Assembly (NCBI GenBank): GCA_951406725.2
Contig: OX597817.1
Span: 25,544,001 to 25,608,000, forward strand
Reading direction: 5' to 3'
Length of the DNA stretch: 64,000 nucleotides
Origin: Octopus vulgaris
Taxonomy: Eukaryota
Shown here: in pieces, positions 39,314 to 53,354 of the stretch
Position numbering within the stretch: position 1 is the stretch's first letter
Layout: each line of letters begins with the position of its first letter
The notes under the pieces: generated by a model
Database searches by the model: none
Seen by the model: only the letters and a program-made list of their open reading frames with translations
What the model was told of the DNA's origin: nothing
Made by a program: the position numbers and the translations under genes

Positions 39314-40122
39314 CTATTTTTAAATATATTAAACATTTTTTCCTTTGTAGTACCTATATTTCAGCAAAGTTTCATAGTCATAGCCTAAGTGGTTCTGGAA
39401 TAATTGGGAATACTATAGAAGTGTATGCATATTACTCCACTTGACAGTGGGTAAACAAGCTGGCTGTACAGAGATAGAGGGTGTTACACAACATTCAGGT
39501 TTAGACACATGACCTCATCTCTTCCTCTTTTCTGCATGGACATGCAAGCTATGAGGATGCAGCTTGACTGGCTCTATCTTATGCCACAGGCCAGCTTGCA
39601 AATAGGTGCATAGGACAGAAGACCATGGCTTTTACACACCAACTATTCTAATTATCATTCCATTGTGTATATATATGTGGCCACAATAAATGTGTTTGAA
39701 GTTACAACCTTTCCTATATATGTTTTTCATTCAGGTTTTCTACCAGCGAGATTACAGCTTTCTGGGAGTCATATTAGGTGGCCCAATAAAGACCTGCACC
39801 ATCTAAAGAAGTATCAAATTTTAACACATCTGGGTACAACTGATTATGATGATATCACCAGAAAAATGCTGACGTCAGCAACAGTTTTTGTAAAACAGAC
39901 TAGTTTGCCTATCAATGGTCTATATATGTGCCAAGTTTCATTGTCACAGTATTGGTGGTTGAGGAATAAAGTAGGAGTCTCGCAGAGGAATAAAGTAGGA
40001 GTCCCCCATCATCAGGCTTACAGACCCCTAAACCCACCTGGTTTTATAGGGTTAAAATCATGCATCTTCAGGAGAAATTATTGCACTAATATGAAGCTGT
40101 AATGTAAGAAGGTCATGAATCT

Positions 40123-40357
40123 AAGGCAGCGAGCTGGCAGAAACGTTAGCATGCCGGGCGAAATGCGTAGCCGTATTTCGTCTGCCGTTACGTTCTGAGT
40201 TCAAATTCCGCCGAGGTCGACTTTGCCTTTCATCCTTTCGGGGTCGATAAATTAAGTACCAGTTGCACAATGGGTTTGATGTAATTGACTTAATCTGTTT
40301 GTCTGTCCGTGTTTGTCCCCTCTGTGTTTATCCCCTTGTGGGTGGTAAAGAAATAGG
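40123..40357 (+). mobile_element. SINE family B, young copy with TSD AGGTCATGAAT
   Basis: TSD at 40110-40120 and 40355-40365. Confidence 0.9.
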
Positions 40358-41891
40358 TCATGAATGTATGGGGAAGTGCTGTTTGCTGACCATGGAATAT
40401 AGAATATACTCATATCAGAAGAAAGAGACTGAAGCAAGACATCAGAATGTTTGGTTGCACTAGATGAGATGACAAATGGTTCTTCTAATGTTGACATGCT
40501 GCTCAAGTAACCCCATCCAACTCATACTATTATTATAAAATGGATATCAAAACAACATCATTATGATTTATGTTCATTTGAGAATTGTACATAGTTTACT
40601 TTAGACTAACCAAATATAATTTTGTGTGTTTAGTATTTGTCAAATGTATGCATACAGCCTAAAAGAAATATTGTTTTAAGAAATTATATAAAGTACTCCT
40701 AGTAAATTTCAAAATAGATATGTTTTTAAGGATGTTTATGAATGCAATTTTAGAACTGTATATAGAAATTCAAGTAAAATATTTTCATTTAATTTTAAAA
40801 TAAACTGTATATATATATATATATAAATGGAAAACAGTTCAAATTTATTTCTACTGGAAAATTTTATATGTGGCAAGAGAATGGCACTTAACAACACAAT
40901 TTAAACTGAGATGGAAATTTTCAAGTAGTGAGAAGCAAAATATGAGATGACAAGGAGTTACAAACTAATGCAGTTATGTGGAAAATGAATTAAGAAAAAT
41001 ATTTAGTAAATGGACTGTGGTGTGTGATGAGAAAAAGAAGAGAAGAAATGAATTGAGATAGTTTTTGATAAAAGTGGTAGGTAATCAGCAAATTAAAAGA
41101 CACTTGTTGTAGAAGAGAGATACAGAGGATATCTCAGCTTGGCACCAGTGATTATTTTTTCTACTGTTAAACAGTTTCAACAAAATTTTGTTCAAACCAA
41201 ACTATGATTTAAAGTATTCCATTCTAGACTTTCTACCAGTCAGGGTTGACCATCTATCTGTACCTGCAAGCGTCGGCGTGGGCAAGGCATTTTATAAAGC
41301 TCCAGAATTTCCATGCATCCATGCCACTCCTCTTCACATCATCATCATCATCATCATCGTTTAACGTCCGCTTTCCATGCTAGCATGGGTTGGACGGTTC
41401 AACTGGGGTCTGGGAAGCCAGAAGGCTGCACCATGCCCAGTCTGATCTGGCAGTGTTTCTACAGCTGGATGCCCTTCCTAACGCCAACCACTCCGTGAGT
41501 GTAGTGAGTGCTTTTTACGTGCCACCAGTCTTTACGTGCCACCAATCTTTTTTCTATTGTTCAATATTGCTTGGCATTAGTGTTGTTTTAGGTATTTTTC
41601 TCAGAATGCAATGAGCTGATACAGGTACCACAAGGCAGCTTATCCAGTGTTGTAACATTTTTTTCAGTAACATTTCCTTCATCCTGGATTAATTTTATCG
41701 ACTTCAAAAGGACAAAATGCAAAGTGGATTCGATGGAATTTGAACTCAGAGCTCAATGATTTTGGTACAAACAGTGTGAAACATTCTATTCAGTATTCTA
41801 ACAGTTTTAGTAATCCACTGCTCTAAATACATTCCTGCTGTAACTGAATAATCTCTTTGCATATTAAGACAGATGCAATAACTGAGTTATG

Positions 41892-42215
41892 CTTCTTAAG
41901 GCAGGAATTCACCACAAATTCCAGCAGGAGAAGTGACAAGTGATAGAAAACTTTGTTATTAACAAAACTGAATTGTAAGACCATAATAATTGATGGTACC
42001 CCTTCTGTTAAAAGGAAAAAAACCCAAAGAAACCTTTAACTTTACAAATTCAAAGAAACTTCTTAGGGCAGGAATTCACCACTAATTCCAGCAGGAGAAG
42101 TGACAAGTGATAGAAAACTTTGTTATTAACAAAACTGAATTGCAAGATCATAATAATTGATGTTAAAAGGAAAAAAAAAAAACAAAGAAATATTTAACTT
42201 TACAAATTCACAGAA
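41892..42215. repeat. ~165-bp direct tandem duplication
   Basis: GGCAGGAATTCACCAC.AATTCCAGCAGGAGAAGTGACAAG... occurs twice in tandem. Confidence 0.9.
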
Positions 42216-43966
42216 ATGTAACTTTTATAGAATAACATTTTTCTTCTTAAGGCATAAAAAATTTTCTTTTCATTTATATATGTTCCTAGAGATCTTATTT
42301 AGTGCAGGAGAAATTTTACCCATAAGGAAAAGATGCTCTTCTTGGCATAGTTTGTATCTCATCCCCCCACTGCCTGCAGTATTTATAAAGTGGTTAATAA
42401 ACAAACAGATATGACATAAGGTTCCTGAGATATTTAGTATTGCTGAGTGCATGGCAATTTCTTTTGTGGTGGCTCCCAACAGACTTTGTAACGTGTTTAG
42501 TGAACAAAGAGAGAGAAGATTGGGTTGAGAACGATTCTGAGTCTAATGTCTTACTAATGACAGCCAGTATACTGTAAAGTACTAAACCCGGCTGAAACCG
42601 GCTGTGGCTCTGTAATACAAATATCTTGTTTTCATAAGTTTTGAATTAAAATCTTCCACCAAACTTTAGTCACAATTTATGTTCCCAACATTAGCTTAAT
42701 GATGACTAACTTATTTTACTAAATTCTTTGTTATATTTAAAATAATTGAAAGAAACACAGAGCATCTCAAAATAAATACAGTAACGAAAGGGTTAACAAA
42801 CAGACAGCTTGTATTACTTAATATCCATTAGCAACAGTTGTAACCAATTGAAGACATATCTGGAAGGCTAACTATGCCCTCTTTGCAACATCAGCAAAGC
42901 TAGATTTGAATGTTTTCCCAATGGGATTCTTCAGTATAGTGCTTTGTTTGCAAAATGTCACATTGGCCTTGCCCTGAATAATAACCAATATGCACAAGAG
43001 TTACATGGATTCAAATTTGTTGAGTTAAAAAAAAAAAAAAACTTCCTTGGGTCTGAACTTGATCAAGTATTTTCCAATAATCTATTATGAAATGTGATGT
43101 AATCAAACATCATTACTAAGGTTAAGTTTTTGTTCAGTGAATCTGTAAGATTTTTCAAAGCATCAGTTGTCAAGCGATGTTGGGGGGACAAACACAGACT
43201 GAGCCTGGTGCAGCTTTCTGGCTTCCCAGACCCCAGTTGAACAGTCCAACCCATGCTAGCATGGAAAGCGGACGTTAAACGATGATGATGATGATGATGA
43301 TATATCTTTATATATATAAAACTGAGAATGTGTGTCTGTCTGTGTGTTTCCCTAAAACTTGAGAACTACACAACCAATTTCATTCAAATTTTACACATGC
43401 CTTACTTAGGGTCCGGGGAGTGTCATCGGTAAAAAATTTTTAACTTTTTGCCTAGGGCGAGCCCACAGCAATATCATATCTTCTCCACTACAATTCCCTA
43501 AAACTTGAGAACTACACAACCAATTTCATTCAAATTTTCATTCAAAGAAAAATAACCCTGTTGCTAAGGCCATCAATAACTTGGTAGGTTATTAATTTTT
43601 TCTGCTGATAAGAACTGTCACTTCCCTTCAATGCATTTCAGACTCTAGGAAGTTTGGAGTTATCATGGGTCTAATAGGTTTCAAATCTACTGTGAGAATG
43701 CTTTAACACTTTTAAATCTATGATTTCATACTAAAATCCCTTTAAAGAACCCTAACTACCACCTTCCAGATCATATTATATATATAAATATATATATATA
43801 TAGGCGCAGGAGTAGCTGTGTGGTAAGTAGCTTGCTAACCAACCACATAGTTCCGGGTTCAGTCCCACTGTGTGGCATCTTGGGCAAGTGTCTTCCGCTA
43901 TAGCCCCGGCCGACCAGTGCCTTGTGAGTGGATTTGGTAGATGGAAACTGAAAGAAGCCTGTCGTA

Positions 43967-43999
<33 letters not shown>

Positions 44000-44018
44000 C
44001 AACACACATATATATATT

Positions 44019-44061
<43 letters not shown>

Positions 44062-44076
44062 ACACACATATATATA

Positions 44077-44112
<36 letters not shown>

Positions 44113-44150
44113 AACACACATATATATATGTGTATATATATATATATATC

Positions 44151-44197
<47 letters not shown>

Positions 44198-44920
44198 ACT
44201 GAGGAGTTTCAAATATGTATTGTGCAAGTCTGACACTTGTATTACTACCACAGGATCCTCTATGGCCAGCAATATTGTATTCAACATTTGTCTGTGGGGT
44301 ATAAAAAGTGACTCAAAGACTTACTAAAGACTACTTAGAAAGGAAATATCAACATTTTTAAGAGCTTTGTTGTTTATCATGTTCTTAGCCCACCTCCTTT
44401 ATTTTCATTTTGTTGCAATGCTGTCTGTTTTATGAATGGAGAGCGATTTCTGACAGTGTTTTGAAAGTTAATGTTATTTGTTCTCCTAATATACATTCTA
44501 TTATTCACTTTCTCGCTTTCTCATCTAGTTACTTAGTTTCTTTTTCAATATTGTAGAGTTTCCTAGCATACGAGTGTGAATGATGTCTTCTGAATGGTGT
44601 AAAATAACTGCAAACAATATGATTGAATGATGCCATAATTTATTTACTTTAGTTTTGTTCATTTTTTTTTTAATTTGCTTTTGTAGTTGATTTTTATCTT
44701 TGAATATGATCCAATCAAATGCTTTTATATATTTGAGTTTGTCTTCACACATGCAGCCAATCAACTGCTCCCTTTTTCTTTACTTTTGATGTCTGAATAT
44801 ACTTATTAACAGGTTCCTGTTTCATGACACAAATTTTGTACATACGTACATAGAAGTGAAGTTTAGGTCACAAAATTAGAAGATCTAGTTTCAATATACA
44901 TACATTCATTTATATCTAAA

Positions 44921-45240
44921 GACTCCGCCGGTTACGACGACGAGGGTCCCAGCTGATACGATCAACGGAACAGCTTGCTCGTGAAATTAACGTGCAAATG
45001 GCTGAGCATTGCACAGACACGTGTACACTTAACGTAGTTCTCGGGGATAATCAGCGTGACACAGAGAGTGACAAGGCTGACCCTTTGAAATACAAGTACA
45101 ACTCATTTTTGCCAGCTGAGTGGACTGGAGCAACGTGAAATAAAGTGTCTTGCTCAAGGACACAACGCGTCGCCGGGAATCGAACTCACAACCTTACGAT
45201 CATGAGCCGAATGCCCTAACCACTAAGCCACGCGCCCTCA
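44921..45240 (-). mobile_element. tRNA-derived SINE family E (CORE-like); related head at 51640-51870(-)
   Basis: GGCGCGTGGCTTAGTGGTTAGGG...GAGTTCGATTCCC head, then CCTTGAGCAAGACACTT. Confidence 0.8.
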
Positions 45241-45386
45241 CTTCATTTATATATGTATATATACATACACACATATATAAAGATGCATATACATACACAA
45301 CCATATGTACACACACACATACATACACATTTAGTGTTGACTGTTGGGATAAAAATGTACTGTATACCATAAGAAAACTAATAATA

Positions 45387-45791
45387 TAGGCGCAGGAGTG
45401 GCTGTGTAGTAAGTAGCTTGCTTACAAACCACATGGTTCTGGGTTCATTCCCACTGCGTGACACCTTGGGCAAGTATCTTCTACTATAGCCTCGGGCTGA
45501 CCAAAGCCTTGTGAGTGGATTTGGCAGACGGAAACTGAAAGAAGCCTGTCGTATATATGTATATATATATATATGTATGTGTGTGTATGTATTTGTCCCC
45601 CGACATCGCTTGACAACTGATGCTGGTGTGTTTACGTCCTCGTAACTTAGCGGTTCAGCAAGCGAGACTGATAGAATAAGTACTAAGCTTACAAAGAATA
45701 AGTCCTGGGGTCGATTTGCTTGACGAAGGGTGGTGCTTTAGCGTGGCCACAGTCAAATGACTGAAACAAATAAAAAAAGTAAAAAGAGTAA
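45387..45791 (+). mobile_element. SINE family A
   Basis: Match to consensus. Confidence 0.9.
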
Positions 45792-46354
45792 ACATTTAAT
45801 TTGGTCAAGCCAGTCCCTTGCTTTCCTTGAGTCTCCCCAGTGGGTGCACAGGATTTCCATGCAAGTTACAGCTTGTAATCTGCCTGAAGACTGTGCACTT
45901 ACAAGAAAATTACTCATCTAAAGTAAAATGAAAAAACAACATCTGTTCGTGGCCATTGCCAGCCTCGTCTGGCCTCCGTGCCGGTGGCACGTAAAAAGCA
46001 CCGTCTGATTATGGTCGTTTGCCAGCCCCGTCTAGCACCTGTGCCGGTGTCACGAAAAAAGCACCCACTACACTCACGGAGTGGTTGGCGTTAGAAGGGC
46101 ATCCAGCTGTAGAAACACTGCTAGATCAGACTGGGCCTAGTGCAGCTTTCTGGCTTCCCAGACCCCAGTTGAACAGTCCAACCCATGCTAGCATGGAAAG
46201 CGGACGTTAAACTATGATGATGATGATGATATATATATATAATATAAAATATATAAAATATATATTTATATATTTATATTGTGAAAATTGATTTAATACT
46301 GTAATAAATTGAATTTTTTCCTGTAAGTTTGGAGTTATATTCCATAATATTATA

Positions 46355-46395
<41 letters not shown>

Positions 46396-46398
<3 letters not shown>

Positions 46399-46895
46399 GA
46401 GGGTGCAATGAATATATTGTCAGCTAAATTATGCAAAAATGAAAATAACACTGACATCTCATTTTAACAGATATATTTATTAAAATATCTTGAAATACTA
46501 AAGAGAAAATTTATTCAATAAAATCGCCATTGGCTTCAACCACAGCTTCCAGACGACTTTGGAATCTCCTGCAAATCTTCTGGATGGTCTCCTTGTTTAA
46601 GCTGGTGTATGCTGTCATAATCCTTGCCTTCAGTTCATCGTTGGTGTTACAAGGAGTTTTGTTGGTCTCTCGCCCAACTGCACCGCACATATAATGATCA
46701 AGGGAGTTGCATTTTGGGGAGTTAGGTGGCCAGATGTTAGGGGTGATGTGGTCACAAATATTCTCTGACAGCCATGACTGGGTTCACCTGCTTGTATGGC
46801 ATGGTGCAGTGTCCTGTTGCCAGACATAGGTCTTCCAGCAGCCATCCTCTTCACCCAGTGCAGTAGTACCTCCTTCAGTCACTTGATGTAGGCCT
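46396..46895 (-). mobile_element. Tc1/mariner-superfamily (maT/DD37D-like) transposase 3' relic ending at (TA)n
   Basis: WQQDTAPCHTS...NIWPPNSPKCNSLDHY...ELKARI...CRRFQSRLEAVVEANGDFIE*. Confidence 0.75.
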
Positions 46896-47128
46896 CTATT
46901 TTCTTATCTATCTCCAGATTTGTTATACTTCTACTAGCACTTATCAACTCCTTATGAGCAATTCCTTTTTCTTTAACCATCCTTCCATGCTGATATTTAC
47001 CATCAGATACATATGAACCCTAATTCCATTACTTACATTCACCCCTACTCCCATCTCTAAACATCTGTTATGATTCTCTCAACACTGATGTTCTTATCTA
47101 CCCATCCTTCCTGTCTATATATTTTCTT

Positions 47129-47738
47129 GTAAGGCGAGCTGGCGGACACGTTAGCACGCCGGGCGAAATGCTTAGCGGTATTTCGTCTGCCGTTACGTTC
47201 TGAGTTCAAGTTCCACCGAAGTCAACTTTGTCTTTCATCCTTTCGGAGTCGATAAATTAAGTACCAGTTACGCACTGGGGTCGATGTAATTGACTTAATA
47301 CCTATGTCTGTCCTTGTTTGTCCACTCTGTGTTTAGCCCCTTGTGGGTAATAAAGAAATAGGTATTTCGTCTGACGTTACATTCTGAGTTCAAGTTCCGC
47401 CAAGGTCAACTTTGCCTTTCATCCTTTCGGGGTCGATAAATTAAGTACCAGTTACGCACTGGGGTCGATGTAATCGACTTAATACCTATGTCTGTCCTTG
47501 TTTGTCCGCTCTGTGTCTAGCCCCTTGTGGGTAATAAAGAAATAGGTATTTTGTCTGTCGTTACATTCTGAGTTCAAGTTCCACCGAGGTCAACTTTGCC
47601 TTTCATCCTTTCGGGGTCGATAAATTAAGTACCAGTTATGCACTGGGGTCGATGTAATCATGTAATCGACTTAATCCGTTTGTCTGTCCTTGTTTGTCCC
47701 CTCTGTATGTAGCCCCTTGTGGGTAGTAAAGAAATAGG
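47129..47738 (+). mobile_element. SINE family B with three tandem ~184-bp bodies inside one 13-bp TSD
   Basis: Units start GGTATTT(C/T)GTCTG at ~47177, 47361 and 47545; TSD TATATATTTTCTT at 47116-47128 and 47739-47751. Confidence 0.9.
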
Positions 47739-48156
47739 TATATATTTTCTTATTTGCTCCTTCTGGTATACTGAGAGTATATTTTGGACATCAGCACCAC
47801 CATCATAGGCCTCTTACCAGCTACTTCTACCCACCCTTTTATAATGCAAGGTAGCCATATACAGTGGCAGATAGGGTCTGAAAAAATATTGGTTGCCAGG
47901 AAACTACGGGGCCAACACACAACTCAAGGGGGCCCACCTGCAACTACAATGCTATCACTCATTTTCTTTTCTTTATTAAAAGTATTCTTTTCAACTGTCT
48001 ACAAATACAGCTGGGCTGAAATAATGAATGCATTCTTCCAGAAGTCAATAAAAAATTCTCAAATTTGAGGGGATGGGCTCCTTAGATACTAACATAAGCC
48101 CCAACATATAGATTCTAATGGTGCAGGGGCCCACTTGCCATCGGGCAAACTGGCCA

Positions 48157-48359
48157 TACTCTTTTACTTGTTTCAATCATTTGACTGCGGCCATGCTGGA
48201 GCACCGCCTTTAGTCGAGAAAATCGACCCCGGGACTTATTCTTTGTAAGCCCAGTACTTATTCTATCGGTCTCTTTTGCTGAACCGCTAAGTGACGGGGA
48301 CATAAACACACCAGCATCGGTTGTCAAGCAATGCTAGGAGGACAAACACAGACTCACAA

Positions 48360-48396
<37 letters not shown>

Positions 48397-48561
48397 CAAC
48401 AGGCTTCTTTCAGTTTCCGTCTACCAAATCCACTCACAAGGCATTGGTCGGCCCGGGGCTATAGCAGAAGACACTTGCCCAAGATGCCACGCAGTGGGAC
48501 TGAACCCGGAACCATGTGGTCGGTTAGCAAGCTACTTACCACACAGCCACTCCTGCACCTA
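48157..48561 (-). mobile_element. SINE family A, full length
   Basis: Match to consensus. Confidence 0.9.
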
Positions 48562-49102
48562 TATATACTTCTTTATACTAAAACATCCTTGTCTCACTTT
48601 CTATCATACTTCAGTGTCTCAACATTAGGCATAAAACCTCTCTCTACTACAAAACTATTCAGCTGAGAGGTCTTACACTCTTCCTCGCATGTTACCTTTG
48701 TGATATTATTGGTTCTGGTGTCATAAAAAGGCACGTAGTACACTATGTAAAGTGGCTGGCTTTAGGAAAGGTATCTAGCTGCAGAAACTATACCAAAATT
48801 GACATTAGAGCACAACATAGTTTTCCAGCTTCTTGGATTCTGTTAAACCATCCAACCCATTCATGCCCATATGGAAGATGAATATCATGTTATGATGACA
48901 GTGACCTCGTGTGTACCGTTGGCGATTTTTTTCCCTCTGTCTTCCCTTCTCTGGATCTTTCCTTCTCCTATGTTTCTGACAAAGAGCTCCACTCGAAACG
49001 TTAAACCTTCCTTCTTTCCTTCTTTCCTGAGCGTCCAATAATACTATATTTGTTCCACGTCCTCGCGTTGTTGTGTTTTTTTGTGCTTTCTTGTTTGGAT
49101 TA

Positions 49103-49142
<40 letters not shown>

Positions 49143-50188
49143 GAGAGAAGAAAAATTCAGTTGTCACTAAATGTGACTAAGGGTGCTGAAGCTCCTACAT
49201 TGCTAGAAATAAGAGTTAAAATACTCTTAATGAGTGCAAATATATACATATACTGTCAGGAAAGATGACTGCACTAAGACCATCTCAACGATCAACCAGA
49301 CTAAGACTAGCTTCACCTATACTGTAGTCAGTGGTGCTCAAATGGCTCATGGTTGGCTAATTCCATCTGCCAGCATTTATATAGTTACCATAAAAATTCA
49401 TGGATGATTTAATGAAATGCTAATGAATATACTAAAAATTAACATAAACAGCCAAGCACAATGTGATATCATAAAGGGAAAATTCAGTTATCACTAAATG
49501 TGACTAAGGGTACCGATGCATCTACATTGCTAGAAATAAGAGTTAAAATGCTTTTAATGCAGAAAGAGAACAAATATATACATATACTGACAGGGAAGGT
49601 AACTGCCCCACGCACATAAATATTGAACAATGAGAATGTCTGCTCAACACCTTGAGCTTGTGTATGCATGTGTAAGTTTGCGTGTGTCTGTGTGAGTGTG
49701 TGTGTGTGTGTGTATGTGTGTGTGCGTGTGTGTGTGTGTGTGTGTATGTGTGTGTGTGTGTGGGGGGTGAGTGTGTCTTTTGAAAATATTAGACAATACA
49801 TGTATGACTATAATTTTACTTTGATGCCCTAGAAATTTTAAAATAGAACTTCTTGAAATCTTAAATTCTTGCAAATGAATCACTTGAAAAATCTTTAAAT
49901 ATTTTAATTATATGACACTTTGAAATTACAAACCGATTATCTGCTTAAAGGCAAAGCGAAATTGAATGTGAAAGAGTAGATGGTGTAGTGGGTGGGTGGG
50001 TGGAGGGGTCAGTACTGAGATTTAGACAAACCAAATCATGATTTAAAAGAAAAGAAAAGAAAAGCCTATATAAAATGGCAAAAAGGAAAACTTCAATAAA
50101 ATACAAAGGCAAAGTTAAATAAGAGGAAGTTTTGAAGTATGAGAAAGAGAAGGAATAACAGAGGAAAAAGACAAACACAGACACACAA

Positions 50189-50219
<31 letters not shown>

Positions 50220-50607
50220 CATATACATGATGGGCTTCTTTCAGGTTCTGTCTACCAAATCCACTCACAAGACTTGCCCAAGGTGCCACATAGTGGGACT
50301 GAACCCGGAACCATGTGGTTGGTAAGCAAGCTACTTACCACACAGTCGCTCCTACTACTACTCGTTCATTTTCATCTTAATAGTGAAGTGTTGGTGGTAG
50401 ACTAATAACACATGATGTGGTTGGTGTGATGCCTCTTCTAGGAGACTTAAGTTCAATGGTAGTCAAGTTATGAACTTCCATGAATTTTAAAAAGTTTCTT
50501 TGATACAATTTATTTAAGATGGTAGGCTGGGATTTATGAGAAATTAAGTTGCTATTTCTAGTAGATCAAATGATCACACAGAAACAGTGTTGTCATCACA
50601 GTCATAT

Positions 50608-51164
50608 AGCGGCAGCAGTGGCAGTGGCAGCAGTGGCAGTGGTAGCTGCGGTAGTGGTAGTGGTAGCAGCAGCAGTGGCAGTGGTGGCAGTGGCAGCAAT
50701 GGCAGTGGTAGTAGAGGCAGACGTGGCAGTAGCAGTGGCAGCAGCAGCAGTGGTGGCAGTAGTAGTGGTGGCAGTGGCAGCAACAGCAGTGGTGGCAGTG
50801 GCAGTGGTGGCAGTAGCAGTGGTGGCAGCAGCAGTGGTAGGCAGTGGCAGTGGTGGCAGTGGCAGTGGTGGCAGTAGCAGTGGTGGCAGTGGCAGTGGTG
50901 GCAGTAGCAGTGGTGGCAGTGGTGGCAGTAGCAGTGGTGGCAGTAGCAGTGGTGGCAGTGGTAGTAGTGGCAGTGGTAGTAGTGGCAGCAGCAGCATTGG
51001 TGGCAGTGGCAGTGGTGGCAGTAGCAGTGGTGGCAGTGGCAGCGGCTGCAGTGGCAGTAGTGGCAGCAGTGGCAGTGGTAGCAGCGGTAGCAGTAGTTAA
51101 AGTGCTAGCAGCAATGGCAGTGGCGGCAGCAGTGGTGGTGGTGGTGGTGGTAGAGGTGGTGGTT

Positions 51165-51203
<39 letters not shown>

Positions 51204-51216
51204 CTAGTAGTAGTAG
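50608..51216. repeat. Compound (GGCAGT)/(GCA)/(GGT)/(GTA)n low-complexity repeat
   Basis: Direct reading. Confidence 0.9.
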
Positions 51217-52965
51217 TTTTTTCAGTGTTAGGTTCATTAATTAAAGTAGTAGGGATGTAGTTGTGGTAAAGGGAGTAGCATTAATGGTAATGATAGAAGT
51301 AGTGGTGGTGGTTGTTGTAACAGTGCTGTTGCTGTTTTTTTTTGTTCTCATGTTTTTATTCGTAGTGGTATAGTTACAATGTGTAGGCATGTAATCTAGC
51401 AGTTAGCAAATTCCATACAATAACCACAATGTGGTAGATTCAATTCCAAAGCAGCTGAGTGGTCTATTGTACCCTTGAGCAAGGCACTTTATTTCCTGCG
51501 GTGCCACTCTACTCAGATGTAATTAGAACCAGTTTGGTTGTAGTGAAGCCCCCTTTCCCTCTGTCTGTTACATCTTCAACCTTCAACTGGATCAATGGTG
51601 AAGCAATTAAGAAAGAAAAAAGAAGCTAAAGTTACCTTTAGCTTCTTATAAGGGCTGGTTTCCCAGTTTCAGTGGTATATATATTGCCCACCCGGATGGG
51701 ACGCCAGTCCTTCACAGGATTACTCGTTTTTGCCAGGATGAGTGGACTGGAGCAATGTGAAATGAAGTGTTTTGCTCAAGTACACAGGTTACCCAGTCCA
51801 GGAATTGAAACCACAATCTTGCGATCATGAGTCCAACACCCTTAACCATTAAGCTCTGTGCCTCCACAAGCAGTTTAACAGAGTCTCTGTGTTTGGATAG
51901 AACTACATAGGACACGTAAATCAATTAATGAAAGCATGGTATGTGTCACCAAGCCATACTTACTTACAATTGATAGTTGGCTGCATTGAAACACTCGTTT
52001 ATAACATGTGATGTGTGGTAGTGTTAGAACCAGCAACAATTTGGATAAAGCCAATTCTTTATCAATTTAGCCATCATTGAGTCATAAAACGGGAGGAGAT
52101 TTATAATATTTCAGAAGCAGAAAGGATAACATGATAATTAGCTGACCATTGGAAATTTACAGGCAAGATTTATTTTCAATGTAATCTATGTTGATAATGA
52201 AGTAGATTTAGTGAATTTCCCTGTGTTCCTATATTTATGGACATTCTTTCTACAACCATTTATTAGATATTTTCTCATGCCGGAACATATTAAGCAATAC
52301 ATATTAAGATTCCCCTACTGCGTTCCTAGATACAATTATATACTCCAACTGTGATTACAAGAATATTATACAATTATCTTCCGTCTTTCTTCTTCAATTT
52401 GATTTCTGTCTAACTTGTTTCATCATGGAAATTTCATAAGATTGATTTCTTGAACATTGCTACCAAAGCAGAGCTAACTAGCAGAAAATCTAATAAAAAT
52501 ATGTACACAGTTTCAGTAAATTTACTTTGTCATAACCACCACAATAACAATCTTTACACATCATCCTGACATCCGCGATCATGACGACCACTATCATCGC
52601 ATATTGTAAAGGCATTGCCCCATCATCATCATCATTATCATCATTATTAATATCATCTTCATTGCTGCCAATATTAATAAATAGCAAATACAACAAAATA
52701 AAAAAAATAAATGATAGATTAAAATAAAATGCAACAAAAAAGGACATTGATCTTATTTGTCATCGCAAAATCAGATGAAGCAAACATCTTATTTATTTAT
52801 TTATTTATTTATATATTAAGTTATTCATTTATGTGTTAGATTAGTAAAACATGTTGGGATAAATTCCAAGCAGTTTTAGTCTGCAAAGTTTTCCTCTTAG
52901 CATTGCCTTCTCTGGTTAAAAGGCATCATCTTGCTGCAGCTTCTTGGTATTTTAAGTCATTGCAT

Positions 52966-53354
52966 TACTCTTTACTCTTTCTCTTTTACTTGTTTCAGTC
53001 ATTTGACTGCAGCCATGCTGGAGCACTGCCTTTAGTCGAGCAAATCGACCCCAGTACTTATTCTATCGGTCTCTTTCACCGAACCGCTAAGTGACGGCGA
53101 CGTAAACACACCAGCATCAGTTGTCAAGCAATGCTAGGGGGCAAACACACACACACAAACATACACACATATATATACATACATATATACGATGGGCTTC
53201 TTTCAATTTCCGTCTACCAAATCCACTCACAAGGCTTTGGTCAGCCCGAGGCTATAGTAGAAGACACTTGCCCAAGATGCCACGCAGTGTGTCTGAACCC
53301 GGAACCATGTGGTTGGTAAGCAAGCCACTTGCCACACAGCCACTCCTGCGCCTA
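52966..53354 (-). mobile_element. SINE family A
   Basis: Match to consensus. Confidence 0.9.

Noticed and set aside
50549-51260. Gly/Ser- or Val/Ala-rich ORFs resembling structural proteins
   Set aside because: Open in several frames on both strands because of a stop-free compound microsatellite; no splice or domain evidence
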